A stretch of 64,000 nt of DNA, taken from an uncultured virus (IMG/VR IMGVR_UViG_3300030102_006999) (Duplodnaviria; Heunggongvirae; Uroviricota; Caudoviricetes). The position numbers were made by a program, and so were the translations under genes. Below, one piece after another: positions 1 to 9,512 of this stretch. The notes below the pieces were generated by a model. The model saw only the letters and a list, made by a program, of their open reading frames with translations. It was not told the DNA's origin and did no database searches. Where the stretch lies: the IMG/VR virus record IMGVR_UViG_3300030102_006999. One strand, written 5' to 3'. Positions within the stretch are counted from its first letter, which is position 1; each line of letters opens with the position of its first letter.

Positions 1-876
1 TTTCATTTAGCTGGCATCATTCCCGTAGCGGGCCAGCCCCTTGATTTTAAAATGGACTGGCATGATTCACTTATGCCCATCGCACCAGACTACCTTGCAG
101 TTGAGAGAGCAGTCTTTGAATGCGCTTGGGCTGGATGCGAAACAATCTGGATTGTAGCCAACGATGATATGGCACCGCTTATCCGACATAGACTAGGAGA
201 GTGGGTACAAGATCCTGTATGGATTGGTCGCAGCATGGACCCTTACCCATCACAGACAAGAAAAAGAATCCCAATTTATTATGTTCCGGTAAGAGCAAAA
301 GACATCGGCAAGCGTGATTGTTTGGCGTGGTCTGTCTTACATGGCGCTGTGACAGCATTCGAAGTATCTGCAAGGTTAAGTAAGTGGATTATTCCAAAGA
401 GAAATTATGTAGCTTTTCCTTATGGAATATATGATCCAGAGATTTTAAGAGAACATAGAAAAAATATTTCCCTTGACAAACCTTTCATGTTGAGCTATAA
501 TAATAAGACAGTCCAAGATGGAGAATATCTTGGATTTACTTTTGATAAAGAAGATTTTATCAACGCGCGCCGCGAGATTAGAAAAGGCACAGGAGAATAC
601 AATTCAGACATCCTCGAAGACGGATTATATCCCAGAGACAAGCTACCAAAAGAAGAAAGATGGTCTGCACGTTATTTTTCTCTTGACAAAATCTTCAAAC
701 CTGTTATAATATATAAAGAAAACAAAGTAGAAGTCCCATGGTATCACAACATAGATTCTTGGGATGGCTATTGTAAATATCTGGGGTCAGAACATAGAGA
801 GCTAGTTGAGAGGCCTCACCCAATCTTTATGAAATACCACGAGTGGAACGAAATAGGAGTAGATGATGAAGAGTAA
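1..876 (+). CDS. 5'-truncated sugar-phosphate nucleotidyltransferase-like (GT-A/NTP_transferase) protein
   Basis: Frame is open from base 1 (FHLAGIIPVAGQPLDFKMDW...). AGIIPVAG resembles the N-terminal strand of NTP-transferases; ETIWIV and C-terminal WYHNIDSW also fit. The GxGTRL loop is degenerate. Confidence 0.55.
   Translation, partial: FHLAGIIPVAGQPLDFKMDWHDSLMPIAPDYLAVERAVFECAWAGCETIWIVANDDMAPLIRHRLGEWVQDPVWIGRSMDPYPSQTRKRIPIYYVPVRAKDIGKRDCLAWSVLHGAVTAFEVSARLSKWIIPKRNYVAFPYGIYDPEILREHRKNISLDKPFMLSYNNKTVQDGEYLGFTFDKEDFINARREIRKGTGEYNSDILEDGLYPRDKLPKEERWSARYFSLDKIFKPVIIYKENKVEVPWYHNIDSWDGYCKYLGSEHRELVERPHPIFMKYHEWNEIGVDDEE
473..501 (+). promoter_or_regulatory. sigma70-type promoter inside ORF1
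   Basis: TTGACA(473-478)-17 bp-TATAAT(496-501). Confidence 0.65.
683..710 (+). promoter_or_regulatory. sigma70-type promoter inside ORF1, upstream of dnaE
   Basis: TTGACA(683-688)-16 bp-TATAAT(705-710) with TGn extended -10. Confidence 0.6.
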
Positions 877-1042
877 AACAAAAGCACAATTACAGAAAGA
901 GCTTTCAGAGCTTAATAAAGATGCTGAAAACATTCGCTATGCAGCGGGTCGATTGCGTCGTGATGTATTTGAGCTAGAACTATCGCCACAAGATCGAGGC
1001 GCGGTCATCGCTCTAATCGACACTTTCTTAAACACTCTATAA
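863..1042 (+). CDS. small hypothetical protein, 59 aa (not in ORF track)
   Basis: MMKSKTKAQLQKELSELNKD...FLNTL*; AGGAG RBS at 855-859; fills the gap before dnaE. Confidence 0.7.
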   Translation: MMKSKTKAQLQKELSELNKDAENIRYAAGRLRRDVFELELSPQDRGAVIALIDTFLNTL

Positions 1043-1060
1043 TAAATCGGAGATATATAG

Positions 1061-4000
1061 ATGACAAAGATTCCATTCGTTGGGCTACACGCCCATTCGG
1101 TTGCTGGTTCAATTTTCGATGCACTTGGATATCCACAAGAGCATATGGACTTTGCCTATGAAAATGGCATGGATGCACTCGCACTTACAGACCACGGCAA
1201 CATGAATGGCTTGCCGCATCAAGTTCTGCATGCCAAGAAGATGAAAGAAGCGGGTAAAGAGTTCAAGCCTATCTTTGGTGTTGAAGCCTACTTTCTTCCG
1301 TCAATTGAGGACTGGAAGCAAGATTACGAAGATGCCAAGGCTGATAAGAAACGCAGCAAGACCCTAAGCAAAGACGTTACTGCCACAACAGTTGAGGATG
1401 AGGACGCATCCAAGAAGGCAGTTCGAAACATTCTTAACCGCCGCCGCCACCTTATTCTATTGGCACAAAACCAAGAAGGCCTTAACAACCTGTTCTCTCT
1501 TATCTCCGAATCTTTTGGTCCCGGTAATTATTACCGATATCCGCGAGTAGACTATCGTTTGCTAAAAAAGTATTCTGACGGCGTTATAGCGGCCTCTGCT
1601 TGTCTGGGTGGTGTCTACGCTGGTAACTACTGGGAAAACCGCGAGAACGGCGACGAGGCTGTCTTAAACGCCATGCGTGAAACTACAAAACAAATGGTTG
1701 ATATCTTTGGTGATCGATGGTACGGCGAGCTTCAATGGAACAATGTTCCGGAACAACATATCTTAAACAAATTCATCATTAAGATGCATGAAGAGTTTGA
1801 TATCGGCTTGATTTCCACATCAGACTCACACTATCCAAACCCTACGGCTTGGAAGGATCGAGAGCTATACAAGCGCCTTGGCTGGCTGGGCAAATCAAAG
1901 CCAGCATATGAGAGTTCTGAAATTCCTGACGGTGTTGAGGAGATCGGCTACGAGCTTTATCCTCGTAATGGGAATCAGATGTGGGATGCTTACAAAAAGT
2001 ATTCTACCGAGTGTGGAGTGGAATACGATGACGACTTGGTAATGAAGTCTATTACGAATACTCATCATATTGCACACAATCGGATTGCGAACTTCTTGCC
2101 GGACAACTCCGTACAATTGCCGGACTTTGTTATTCCTGCTGGAGAGACAGCCGACTCTGCTTTGGAAAAGTTCTGTATCGAAGGCTTACGCCTGAAGGGG
2201 CTGCATACGAACTCTGAATACACAGAGCGTCTACGAATGGAGTTGACTGTAATTTCAGACCGAGGTTTCTCTAAGTATTTCTTGACAATGAATGAAATCA
2301 GTAAGAAAGCTAACGAAGTCATGCTTACTGGTCCCGGTCGAGGCTCTGCAGCGGGCTCATTGGTGGCTTACGCCTTAGATATTACTCAGGTTGATCCGCT
2401 CAAGTATGGTCTTCAGTTCTCTCGATTCCTTCGCGCCGATGCCACTGACTATCCTGATATTGACTACGATGTAGCCGACAGCATGGAATTGAAAGAGATG
2501 CTTATTTCGGAATGGGGTGAAGATAAGGTTGCTCCTATTTCGAACTGGAATACTTTACAGTTAAAGTCTTTGATTAAAGACATCTCAAAGTTCTATGGCA
2601 TTGAGTTCCGCGAGGTCAATGAGGTCACCAGTGTTATGATGACCGAAGCTATTGGTCCCGCCAAGAAGAAACACGGCATCAAGACTGGAGTCTATACTCC
2701 CACTTTTGAAGAGGTTATGGAGTTCAGTTCGACTCTACAATCTTTCTTACAGCGATATCCAGAAGTCAAAACACACGTTGAAACTTTGTATGGCCAAGTT
2801 CGTTCATGTTCTCGTCACGCTGGTGGTGTTGTTATTGGAGAAAACCTTAATCAACGTATGCCTTTAATTAACTCTGGTGGCGTACGTCAGACTCCATGGT
2901 CAGAAGGTCAGAACGTTCGACACTTAGAGCCTATGGGCTTTATTAAGTTTGATGTCTTGGGCCTATCAACACTCAAGATGATCGAGGGTGCCATTCGACA
3001 TATCTTAGTTCGACACCACAATATCCCGGAGCCAACTTTTGAGGATATTCAAGCTTTCTACAATAAGAACTTACATCCAGACGTAATTGATTTCGATGAT
3101 CAAGAAGTTTATAAGAACATTTTCCATGCAGGTAAGTGGGCCGGGGTGTTTCAATTTACCGAAACAGGCGCCCAGCGATTCTGCCAGCAAGTAAAGCCGA
3201 ATAACTTGATTGACCTTGCGGCTATTACCTCCATTTATCGCCCCGGCCCACTTGGTGCAGATGTGCACCTTGATTTTGTGGAGGCCAGAGAAAATCCACA
3301 ACGCTTGAAGTTTATCAATCAAGAGCATGAAGACGTGACTTCGGAAACATTTGGATTTCTTATTTTCCAAGAGCAGATTGCATTGTTGGCCCACAAGCTA
3401 GGCGAAGATATTTCTCTAGATGAAGGAAACATGCTTCGGAAAGTTCTAACTAAGAAAGGAACAGGTAAGGAAGCCAAGGTTAAAAACAAATTGCGAGCTA
3501 AATTTGTAAAGGGCTGCGTCAACAAAGGTCTCCGAAAAACAACTGGTGAGCGTTTGTGGGATACTTTTGAGTATTTCTCTGGCTATGGTTTCAATAAATC
3601 GCATGCTGTTTCTTATTGTATTATCTCATACCAGTGTGCTTGGTTACTTAACTATTATCAAGTCGAGTGGCTGGCAGCTTTCCTAGACAAAGAGCCAGAG
3701 TCTCGAAAAGAAAAGGCCATTAATGTTGCAAAGTCTTTCGGCCTTGGTATTAAAGGGTTAGATGTAAATTCTTCTGGTCGAGTTTGGGAAATCTCCAAAG
3801 ACGGATCAATGCTAATTCAGCCCTTATCTTCGATTAAGGGTTTGGGTGACGCTGCTATCGATCAGATTGTCAAACACCGACCTTTCAATCAAGTTGAAGA
3901 CTTCTTATTCAACGATGAAATTATATATTCTAAGCTGAATAAAAAGGCGCTAGATGTGTTATGTCGCTCTGGCGCAATGACAGCTTTGGAAGATAAAAGG

Positions 4001-4480
4001 TTTTCAGGCGGCAAGCACTTTTGGTCGGCAGTCTGCGTTGACCGCCCACGAAAACAAAAGAACCTAGATGAAAACATAGAAGCCTACAAGCCAGAAGGAG
4101 ATTTCTCCGACGAAGAGAAAATCAGTTATCAAGTAGAGTTAACGGGAGTGTTTCCATTCAATCGAGTGATGAAAGAAGATCTATACAAGCAATTGAATGA
4201 TAATCATATTCCAGCGATTGCAAACTATGATCCCCAACTATGTCAGGCAGTCTGGTTTATTCCACGTAATGTTGTCACAAAGAAAACCAAAAATGGTAAA
4301 CCTTATTGGATTCTTGAGGTGATCGACGATACAAACTCTTTGACAAAGATTCGTTGTTGGGGAATCCAAGAGTATGATAGGATTTACGTCAATCGTCCAT
4401 ATATGGCGAAGCTAGACTATAATGATAAGTGGGGCTTCTCGACACGAAGTCTTCGAAGAAATTTTAGGATTTTAGCTTGA
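1061..4480 (+). CDS. dnaE: DNA polymerase III alpha subunit (family C, DnaE)
   Basis: PHP motifs LHAHS/TDHG/GVEAY/SDSH; GPGRGSAAGSLV; PDIDYD; HAGGVV; KFDVLGL; GYGFNKSHA. Confidence 0.97.
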   Translation: MTKIPFVGLHAHSVAGSIFDALGYPQEHMDFAYENGMDALALTDHGNMNGLPHQVLHAKKMKEAGKEFKPIFGVEAYFLPSIEDWKQDYEDAKADKKRSKTLSKDVTATTVEDEDASKKAVRNILNRRRHLILLAQNQEGLNNLFSLISESFGPGNYYRYPRVDYRLLKKYSDGVIAASACLGGVYAGNYWENRENGDEAVLNAMRETTKQMVDIFGDRWYGELQWNNVPEQHILNKFIIKMHEEFDIGLISTSDSHYPNPTAWKDRELYKRLGWLGKSKPAYESSEIPDGVEEIGYELYPRNGNQMWDAYKKYSTECGVEYDDDLVMKSITNTHHIAHNRIANFLPDNSVQLPDFVIPAGETADSALEKFCIEGLRLKGLHTNSEYTERLRMELTVISDRGFSKYFLTMNEISKKANEVMLTGPGRGSAAGSLVAYALDITQVDPLKYGLQFSRFLRADATDYPDIDYDVADSMELKEMLISEWGEDKVAPISNWNTLQLKSLIKDISKFYGIEFREVNEVTSVMMTEAIGPAKKKHGIKTGVYTPTFEEVMEFSSTLQSFLQRYPEVKTHVETLYGQVRSCSRHAGGVVIGENLNQRMPLINSGGVRQTPWSEGQNVRHLEPMGFIKFDVLGLSTLKMIEGAIRHILVRHHNIPEPTFEDIQAFYNKNLHPDVIDFDDQEVYKNIFHAGKWAGVFQFTETGAQRFCQQVKPNNLIDLAAITSIYRPGPLGADVHLDFVEARENPQRLKFINQEHEDVTSETFGFLIFQEQIALLAHKLGEDISLDEGNMLRKVLTKKGTGKEAKVKNKLRAKFVKGCVNKGLRKTTGERLWDTFEYFSGYGFNKSHAVSYCIISYQCAWLLNYYQVEWLAAFLDKEPESRKEKAINVAKSFGLGIKGLDVNSSGRVWEISKDGSMLIQPLSSIKGLGDAAIDQIVKHRPFNQVEDFLFNDEIIYSKLNKKALDVLCRSGAMTALEDKRFSGGKHFWSAVCVDRPRKQKNLDENIEAYKPEGDFSDEEKISYQVELTGVFPFNRVMKEDLYKQLNDNHIPAIANYDPQLCQAVWFIPRNVVTKKTKNGKPYWILEVIDDTNSLTKIRCWGIQEYDRIYVNRPYMAKLDYNDKWGFSTRSLRRNFRILA

Positions 4481-4505
4481 CATGGGGCTATTCATAGGCT
4501 ATAAT
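4477..4505 (+). promoter_or_regulatory. sigma70-type promoter for purA
   Basis: TTGACA-17-TATAAT; the -35 contains the dnaE TGA stop; GGAGG RBS follows. Confidence 0.8.
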
Positions 4506-4533
4506 ATATAATAGATAACAGGAGGTAGTATAA

Positions 4534-5535
4534 ATGTTAAACGTTGATGTTATTATTGGCATCCAGCATGGAGATGAAGGTAAAGGAAAAGTTACACACT
4601 CATTATTAGAATCTGGAAAATATACACACTGTATACGATATAATGGTGGTTGCAATGCCGGTCACACAATATATCACAAAGGCACAAAGTTTGTAACACA
4701 TCATATCCCCGCCGGCGTATTTTTCGGAATCAAGAGTATCATTGGTCCCGGATGTGTCGTTGATGTTGATAAATTCAAAGAAGAGATCAAAATGCTCAAC
4801 GATGGGGGTATAAATACTGAAGGACTGGTATTTATCGCGGAGAATGCCCATATTATCACCGAGCGTCATCGCTGGAGTGACTCTGGAGAAATCAAGATTG
4901 GCACTACTCGAACAGGCAACGGCCCTTGTTATTCATCTAAGTACGCCAGAGAAGGATGGCCGGCCAACACCGTTAATGAGCTTGCGCCTTACCTGATCGA
5001 TATGTACGAAGAATTCTACTACAATCATCCTCAAGCAGAAGTACTGTGTGAGGGCGCGCAGGGTTTTGCACTAGACATTGATTGGGGCGACTATCCTTAT
5101 GTCACTAGTAGTCATTGTACTACAGCCGGCGCCTTACTAAATGGCTTCCCGCCTAGTTCGATTAGGAAAGTTTATGGCGTTGCCAAAGCTTACGAGACCT
5201 ATGTTGGGTCAAAAAAGTTTCAACCTAAAGGTCGAACTTTCGAAGTGATTCAGGAATTAGGAAAAGAGTTTGGTGCAACTACGGGCCGGCCCCGTCAATG
5301 TAACTGGGCAAATTTGGTTCATATGCAAAAGGCCTGTCGCATTAATGGAGTTACTGATTTAATTATTAATAAAGTTGATATTTTGGAGCAGGTCAATCGC
5401 TGGACAGTCTATGTCGGCTCTAAAGACGAAGCAAGCATGATGACATTCATGAATAAAGAGCAATTTTGCGACTACATTGAATACTACTTTGATGGCATTA
5501 AAGTTATTTTTTCTGGAAGTCCAGAGAGAATCTGA
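4534..5535 (+). CDS. purA: adenylosuccinate synthetase (short form)
   Basis: GIQHGDEGKGK, GGCNAGHT, EGAQG, YPYVTSS, EFGATTGRPR, NKVD. Confidence 0.92.
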   Translation: MLNVDVIIGIQHGDEGKGKVTHSLLESGKYTHCIRYNGGCNAGHTIYHKGTKFVTHHIPAGVFFGIKSIIGPGCVVDVDKFKEEIKMLNDGGINTEGLVFIAENAHIITERHRWSDSGEIKIGTTRTGNGPCYSSKYAREGWPANTVNELAPYLIDMYEEFYYNHPQAEVLCEGAQGFALDIDWGDYPYVTSSHCTTAGALLNGFPPSSIRKVYGVAKAYETYVGSKKFQPKGRTFEVIQELGKEFGATTGRPRQCNWANLVHMQKACRINGVTDLIINKVDILEQVNRWTVYVGSKDEASMMTFMNKEQFCDYIEYYFDGIKVIFSGSPERI

Positions 5536-5786
5536 TGCAAGATCGCTACCCTATCTTAGATTTACACGGCGAGAAACATGAAGCAGCAGATTATCTTATT
5601 GAAAAGTTTATAACTGATAATTTTGATAACCTGCCGGTTCTTGTGATTACTGGGTATTCTGACTTTTTTGTTGGCAAGACAAAAGAAATTGTGGAAAAGC
5701 ACAAGCTTTTTTGCTATAAACAACACCATCAGAACAATGGATGTTATGTTGTTTTAAACAGCCCTTGGTTTAATAAGAAGAGATAA
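5535..5786 (+). CDS. stand-alone Smr-domain protein
   Basis: LDLHG near N-terminus, VLVITG, C-terminal NNGCYVV; 83 aa. Confidence 0.8.
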   Translation: MQDRYPILDLHGEKHEAADYLIEKFITDNFDNLPVLVITGYSDFFVGKTKEIVEKHKLFCYKQHHQNNGCYVVLNSPWFNKKR

Positions 5787-5788
5787 AT

Positions 5789-6163
5789 ATGAAAAACCGT
5801 AATATTTTAATTGCAGCATTAGCCCTTGGCTGCTATACACCACAGTCTCCAGATATATATCACACCCAAGTATCTTGTCACTGGAATCAAAGCTTGCAGG
5901 GTTATATCTGGGTACTACAAGCGTGGGTCTACCACCCCGCCCCCGGAGGATACATTACTGACGTCGGCGCGCATCTTTCAGATATGGATCAATCCGCGCT
6001 ATTGACACTGGAAAATCAAGACGGGCCTTATTGGGAGTCTGTTTATACAGAGAACTCTACTGGCTTGGTCTGTGGACGTAGCTATTCTGTTTCTTTCATC
6101 GCTTTCGACGAACTTAGTAACTCCGATGCAGAAACATTTTACTATCAGCAAAATAACCCTTGA
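5789..6163 (+). CDS. putative lipoprotein
   Basis: MKNRNILIAALALGC lipobox-like signal. Confidence 0.6.
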   Translation: MKNRNILIAALALGCYTPQSPDIYHTQVSCHWNQSLQGYIWVLQAWVYHPAPGGYITDVGAHLSDMDQSALLTLENQDGPYWESVYTENSTGLVCGRSYSVSFIAFDELSNSDAETFYYQQNNP

Positions 6164-6188
6164 CACAAAGATTAATACGTGTTATATT
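6160..6188 (+). promoter_or_regulatory. sigma70-type promoter
   Basis: TTGACA-17-TATATT; overlaps upstream TGA stop. Confidence 0.7.
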
Positions 6189-6207
6189 TAATAGATTGGA
6201 GAAATAG

Positions 6208-7230
6208 ATGAAATCTTTGTTTATGTGGGCTGGTGGAAAGAAAAAGCTCCTAAAGAAATATGAACCTCATTTGCCTGACAACTTCACATCGTACCACGAA
6301 CCTTTCTTCGGTGGCGGAGCGATGTTTGTTTGGGCATATAATAAAAATCCTAATGCTACCTTTTATATCAATGACATAAATGAGCACATAATTGGAATAT
6401 ACAAAGCAATAAGAGATGATGTAGATAGCTTCTGTGCTAACGTAGATAAGTTGCAATCTATTTATTTAATGCTTCCGGGTCCGAAAGATGAGGGCGGCGA
6501 AACTAATAAAGAGTTAGAGAAGAAACATTCTTTAGGAAAAGGTCGCCGAGACTGGGAAAAGATATATAATGAACAAAAGTCTCGAAGACATTTTTATTTT
6601 GCAGTGCGCGATTTCTATGCTTGGGACTACGAAAAGTTCTCTGAAACTAGAGAAGCTGCAACTTTATATTTTCTAATGAAAACTGGCTTCAACGGAGTCT
6701 GGCAATTAAACAACAATACGAATGGAAGATTTGGTACTCCATGCGGATTGATGAATCATACAGATAAAGTTTATGATAAAGATAACGTAATGGAATGGCA
6801 CGAGGCCTTACAAAACTGTAAGATTACATCAGGAGACTATAAACAAACTTTGGGCGATATTGGTAAAGGCTCCTACGTTTTTCTGGATCCTCCTTATCGT
6901 GGAGGCTTTGCTGATTATGGTACAGAGAAAGACGACAACTTTCAAGAAGGAGTTATTGAATACTTAAACAGCNNNNNNNNNNAATACTTTGATGTAACAT
7001 ATACTGTCGGTCGTAGGAAGAAAAAACTTGATGAACAAGGTAACGTAATAACAAAGCCAAAGCTTGATAAGCAAGGGAATCCAGAGCTAGATGAGCAAGG
7101 TGAAGCAATCTATGAAGTGCAATTTCAAGAAGCAGTAAAAGCTAGAGAAATTTTAATGATTGGGCTTGACAGCGAGAACAAATCATGCTATATTAATAAT
7201 ACAAACAAACAGGAGTGTAACACACAATGA
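6208..7230 (+). CDS. Dam-like (D12 class) N6-adenine DNA methyltransferase; contains an assembly gap
   Basis: FMWAGGK, EPFFGGGA (SAM motif I), FLDPPY (motif IV); Ns at 6973-6982. Confidence 0.88.
   Translation: MKSLFMWAGGKKKLLKKYEPHLPDNFTSYHEPFFGGGAMFVWAYNKNPNATFYINDINEHIIGIYKAIRDDVDSFCANVDKLQSIYLMLPGPKDEGGETNKELEKKHSLGKGRRDWEKIYNEQKSRRHFYFAVRDFYAWDYEKFSETREAATLYFLMKTGFNGVWQLNNNTNGRFGTPCGLMNHTDKVYDKDNVMEWHEALQNCKITSGDYKQTLGDIGKGSYVFLDPPYRGGFADYGTEKDDNFQEGVIEYLNSXXXXYFDVTYTVGRRKKKLDEQGNVITKPKLDKQGNPELDEQGEAIYEVQFQEAVKAREILMIGLDSENKSCYINNTNKQECNTQ
7166..7194 (+). promoter_or_regulatory. sigma70-type promoter inside the MTase 3' end
   Basis: TTGACA-17-TATATT with TG extension. Confidence 0.65.
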
Positions 7231-7538
7231 TGAGTGGTTTTGAGATTTTTGAAAACGTAGTTGAAATTCATGCAGAAGAAAATGAAGTTGAGGCTACATC
7301 GAAAGAAGAAAAGATGGTTGAGTATGTTCGGAGCTTGAAGGCTCTTGAAGATGCTATGGAACCATACAAAGAACAAAAGCGAGAACTAAAGCAAGAGTTC
7401 AAAGAGCAAGGCTGGTTGACAGGAGATGAAATCTCCATGACAGTCAAAGCATATCGCATGATGAAATCAGAGAACTTTGACTTTGATGAGTTCACGAAGA
7501 TTTATGAATCTCTTGCTAAACTTACAGGACGTGCATAA
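7227..7538 (+). CDS. GapR/T4 DsbA-like dsDNA-binding protein
   Basis: Helical pattern YVRSLKALEDAM...KRELKQEFKEQG...KAYRMMK resembles the GapR/DUF2312 family. Confidence 0.5.
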   Translation: MMSGFEIFENVVEIHAEENEVEATSKEEKMVEYVRSLKALEDAMEPYKEQKRELKQEFKEQGWLTGDEISMTVKAYRMMKSENFDFDEFTKIYESLAKLTGRA

Positions 7539-8083
7539 TGATTTTGGAATATTATCGAACACGGCATGATGCTGTCCCGCCAACACGAGCAAATCCATCA
7601 GATGCTGGATTGGACGTACACTTTAATCCAGACGATGCATCAATCGAAGGAGTTAATCTTCAGCCGGGAGAAAGTAAACTATTTTCTACTGGATTAAAGT
7701 TTGGAATCCCTCATGGATACATGCTGGAAGTCAAGAACCGCAGTGGCAACGCATCGAAGCGAAGCCTTCTTGTAGGTGCATGCGTCGTTGATTCTGGGTA
7801 TGATGGAGAGGTGTTTGTAAATCTCCACAATGTTGGAACAGAGACGCAGTTCATTCCACGAGGAATGAAGATTGCTCAAGTGGTAATGGTGCCGGTTGTT
7901 CATTTTCGCGCTCTTGAAACTACAAGTGACAATCTTTATAACTGGTATCCAATTACTATGTCAGGCCGAGGCGCCGGCGCACTGGGTTCTACTGATAAAC
8001 TAAACAAAGCAACGCAGCATGTCGATCCATTTGACATGCCAAAGAGCCCCAGTCATTGGGAGTTAGGAGACCCACAAGGATGA
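7538..8083 (+). CDS. dut: trimeric dUTPase
   Basis: DAGLD, RSG, VVDSGYDGE, IAQ, RGAGALGST. Confidence 0.95.
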   Translation: MILEYYRTRHDAVPPTRANPSDAGLDVHFNPDDASIEGVNLQPGESKLFSTGLKFGIPHGYMLEVKNRSGNASKRSLLVGACVVDSGYDGEVFVNLHNVGTETQFIPRGMKIAQVVMVPVVHFRALETTSDNLYNWYPITMSGRGAGALGSTDKLNKATQHVDPFDMPKSPSHWELGDPQG

Positions 8084-9105
8084 AACTAGATAAGTGTTTG
8101 TCGTATGACGATGTTCTGCTTGTGCCACAATATTCGGACATCAAGACTAGAAAAGAAGTTGACCTGTCATCTAAGTTAGATGATAGCTTAACCTTCAGTC
8201 TACCTGTTATATCCTCTCCTATGGATACAGTTACCGAATCACACATGGCTGCTGCCATGTTTCGACACGGAGGTTTTGGCGTTGTTCATCGATACAACAC
8301 TATTGAAGAGCAAGTAAAACTTCTACAAACTTTAGACAAATTGGAGCCTTCCTCGATAAAAGCAGCCGCCGTTGGTATCAGCGGAGATTATTTCGAGCGC
8401 GCTTCAGAATTAGTAAATGCGGGCGCACAAATCTTGTGCTTAGATGTTGCCCATGGCCATCACGTTATGATGAAGTCAGCACTCAAGGCTCTCCGCCAAA
8501 ATTTTTCTGTGCACTTGATGGCTGGCAACGTAGCCACAAAAGAAGGTTTTGAAGACCTCGCCGCATGGGGAGCTAATTCTGTAAGATGTAATATCGGGGG
8601 AGGCTCCATTTGCTCCACTAGAGTCCAAACAGGACATGGCATGCCCGGCCTACAAACAATTCTTGATTGTGCTGATTCACCTTTGGCTCAAGATGTCAAA
8701 GTGATTGCCGATGGAGGTTTAAAGAGCAGTGGAGACATTGTTAAAGCCCTTGGCGCCGGCGCAGACTTTGTGATGGTTGGTTCGCTATTGGCAGGATCGA
8801 TTGAGACTCCGGGTAGAATTATTGTCACCAAGGATGGTAGCAGTCATAAAATCTATAGGGGAATGGCCAGCAAGTCTGCCCAAAACTCTTGGAGAAACAA
8901 GACGAGTTCTATTGAAGGGGTATCAACCACCGTACCATTTAAAGGACCAGTGGGAGATATACTAGAAGAGTTGGCAGTAGGTGTTCGTTCCGGATTATCT
9001 TACTCTGGCAGCCGCTCCATAACGGAGTTTCAATCAAAGGCTAAGTTTGTTATACAAACGTCTGCCGGCCAATTTGAGAGCGCCGCTCACATTTTAAGGA
9101 GGTAG
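8080..9105 (+). CDS. guaB: IMP dehydrogenase/GMP reductase family, CBS-less (GuaB-like)
   Basis: YDDVLLVP, SSPMDTVT, DVAHGH, GSICSTR (catalytic Cys), IADGG, YRGMAS; start at ATGA overlap with dut. Confidence 0.85.
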   Translation: MKLDKCLSYDDVLLVPQYSDIKTRKEVDLSSKLDDSLTFSLPVISSPMDTVTESHMAAAMFRHGGFGVVHRYNTIEEQVKLLQTLDKLEPSSIKAAAVGISGDYFERASELVNAGAQILCLDVAHGHHVMMKSALKALRQNFSVHLMAGNVATKEGFEDLAAWGANSVRCNIGGGSICSTRVQTGHGMPGLQTILDCADSPLAQDVKVIADGGLKSSGDIVKALGAGADFVMVGSLLAGSIETPGRIIVTKDGSSHKIYRGMASKSAQNSWRNKTSSIEGVSTTVPFKGPVGDILEELAVGVRSGLSYSGSRSITEFQSKAKFVIQTSAGQFESAAHILRR

Positions 9106-9106
9106 T

Positions 9107-9430
9107 ATGGAGAATTACGGGAAACTTGATAAGCGAATATCTTTTATGGATACCGACAAAAGAAACGCAGATTTTTTGATCAGACTAAAACACGATGGTT
9201 TGACAAAGACAAAGTTCTTCCGTATGATTTTAACAGGGTATCTAACAAGAGACGAGGACTTGCTAAACTTTATGAAAAAGCAAGACGCGTCTTCTAACAG
9301 CGAAAATAAAAATAAAGTTATAGAAAAATTAGAAGAAAAAGGTAAAGAAACAAAAAAGAAGTTTGGATTGGATAATAAAGATATCGAAAGTATTTTTGAT
9401 TTATTAGAAAAAGAGAATCCAGATTTATAA
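9107..9430 (+). CDS. hypothetical protein (possible ribbon-helix-helix)
   Basis: GGAGG RBS; KRISF strand followed by two helices. Confidence 0.55.
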   Translation: MENYGKLDKRISFMDTDKRNADFLIRLKHDGLTKTKFFRMILTGYLTRDEDLLNFMKKQDASSNSENKNKVIEKLEEKGKETKKKFGLDNKDIESIFDLLEKENPDL

Positions 9431-9455
9431 ACTTTGGCGTTTTTAAAAAAACAGA

Positions 9456-9463
9456 ACTATTTA
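9456..9463 (+). promoter_or_regulatory. candidate phage late-promoter motif ACTATTTA
   Basis: Recurs before many virion-like genes (see findings). Confidence 0.55.
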
Positions 9464-9512
9464 TTAAGTGAAAAACTACCATTTTGTACAAATGGTTGCG
9501 GGAGATAATATT

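Noticed and set aside
4534..5535. PurZ (2-aminoadenine Z-genome pathway)
   Set aside because: The catalytic Asp of PurA is retained (GDEGKG) where PurZ has Ser; no DatZ/MazZ was recognised in the window.
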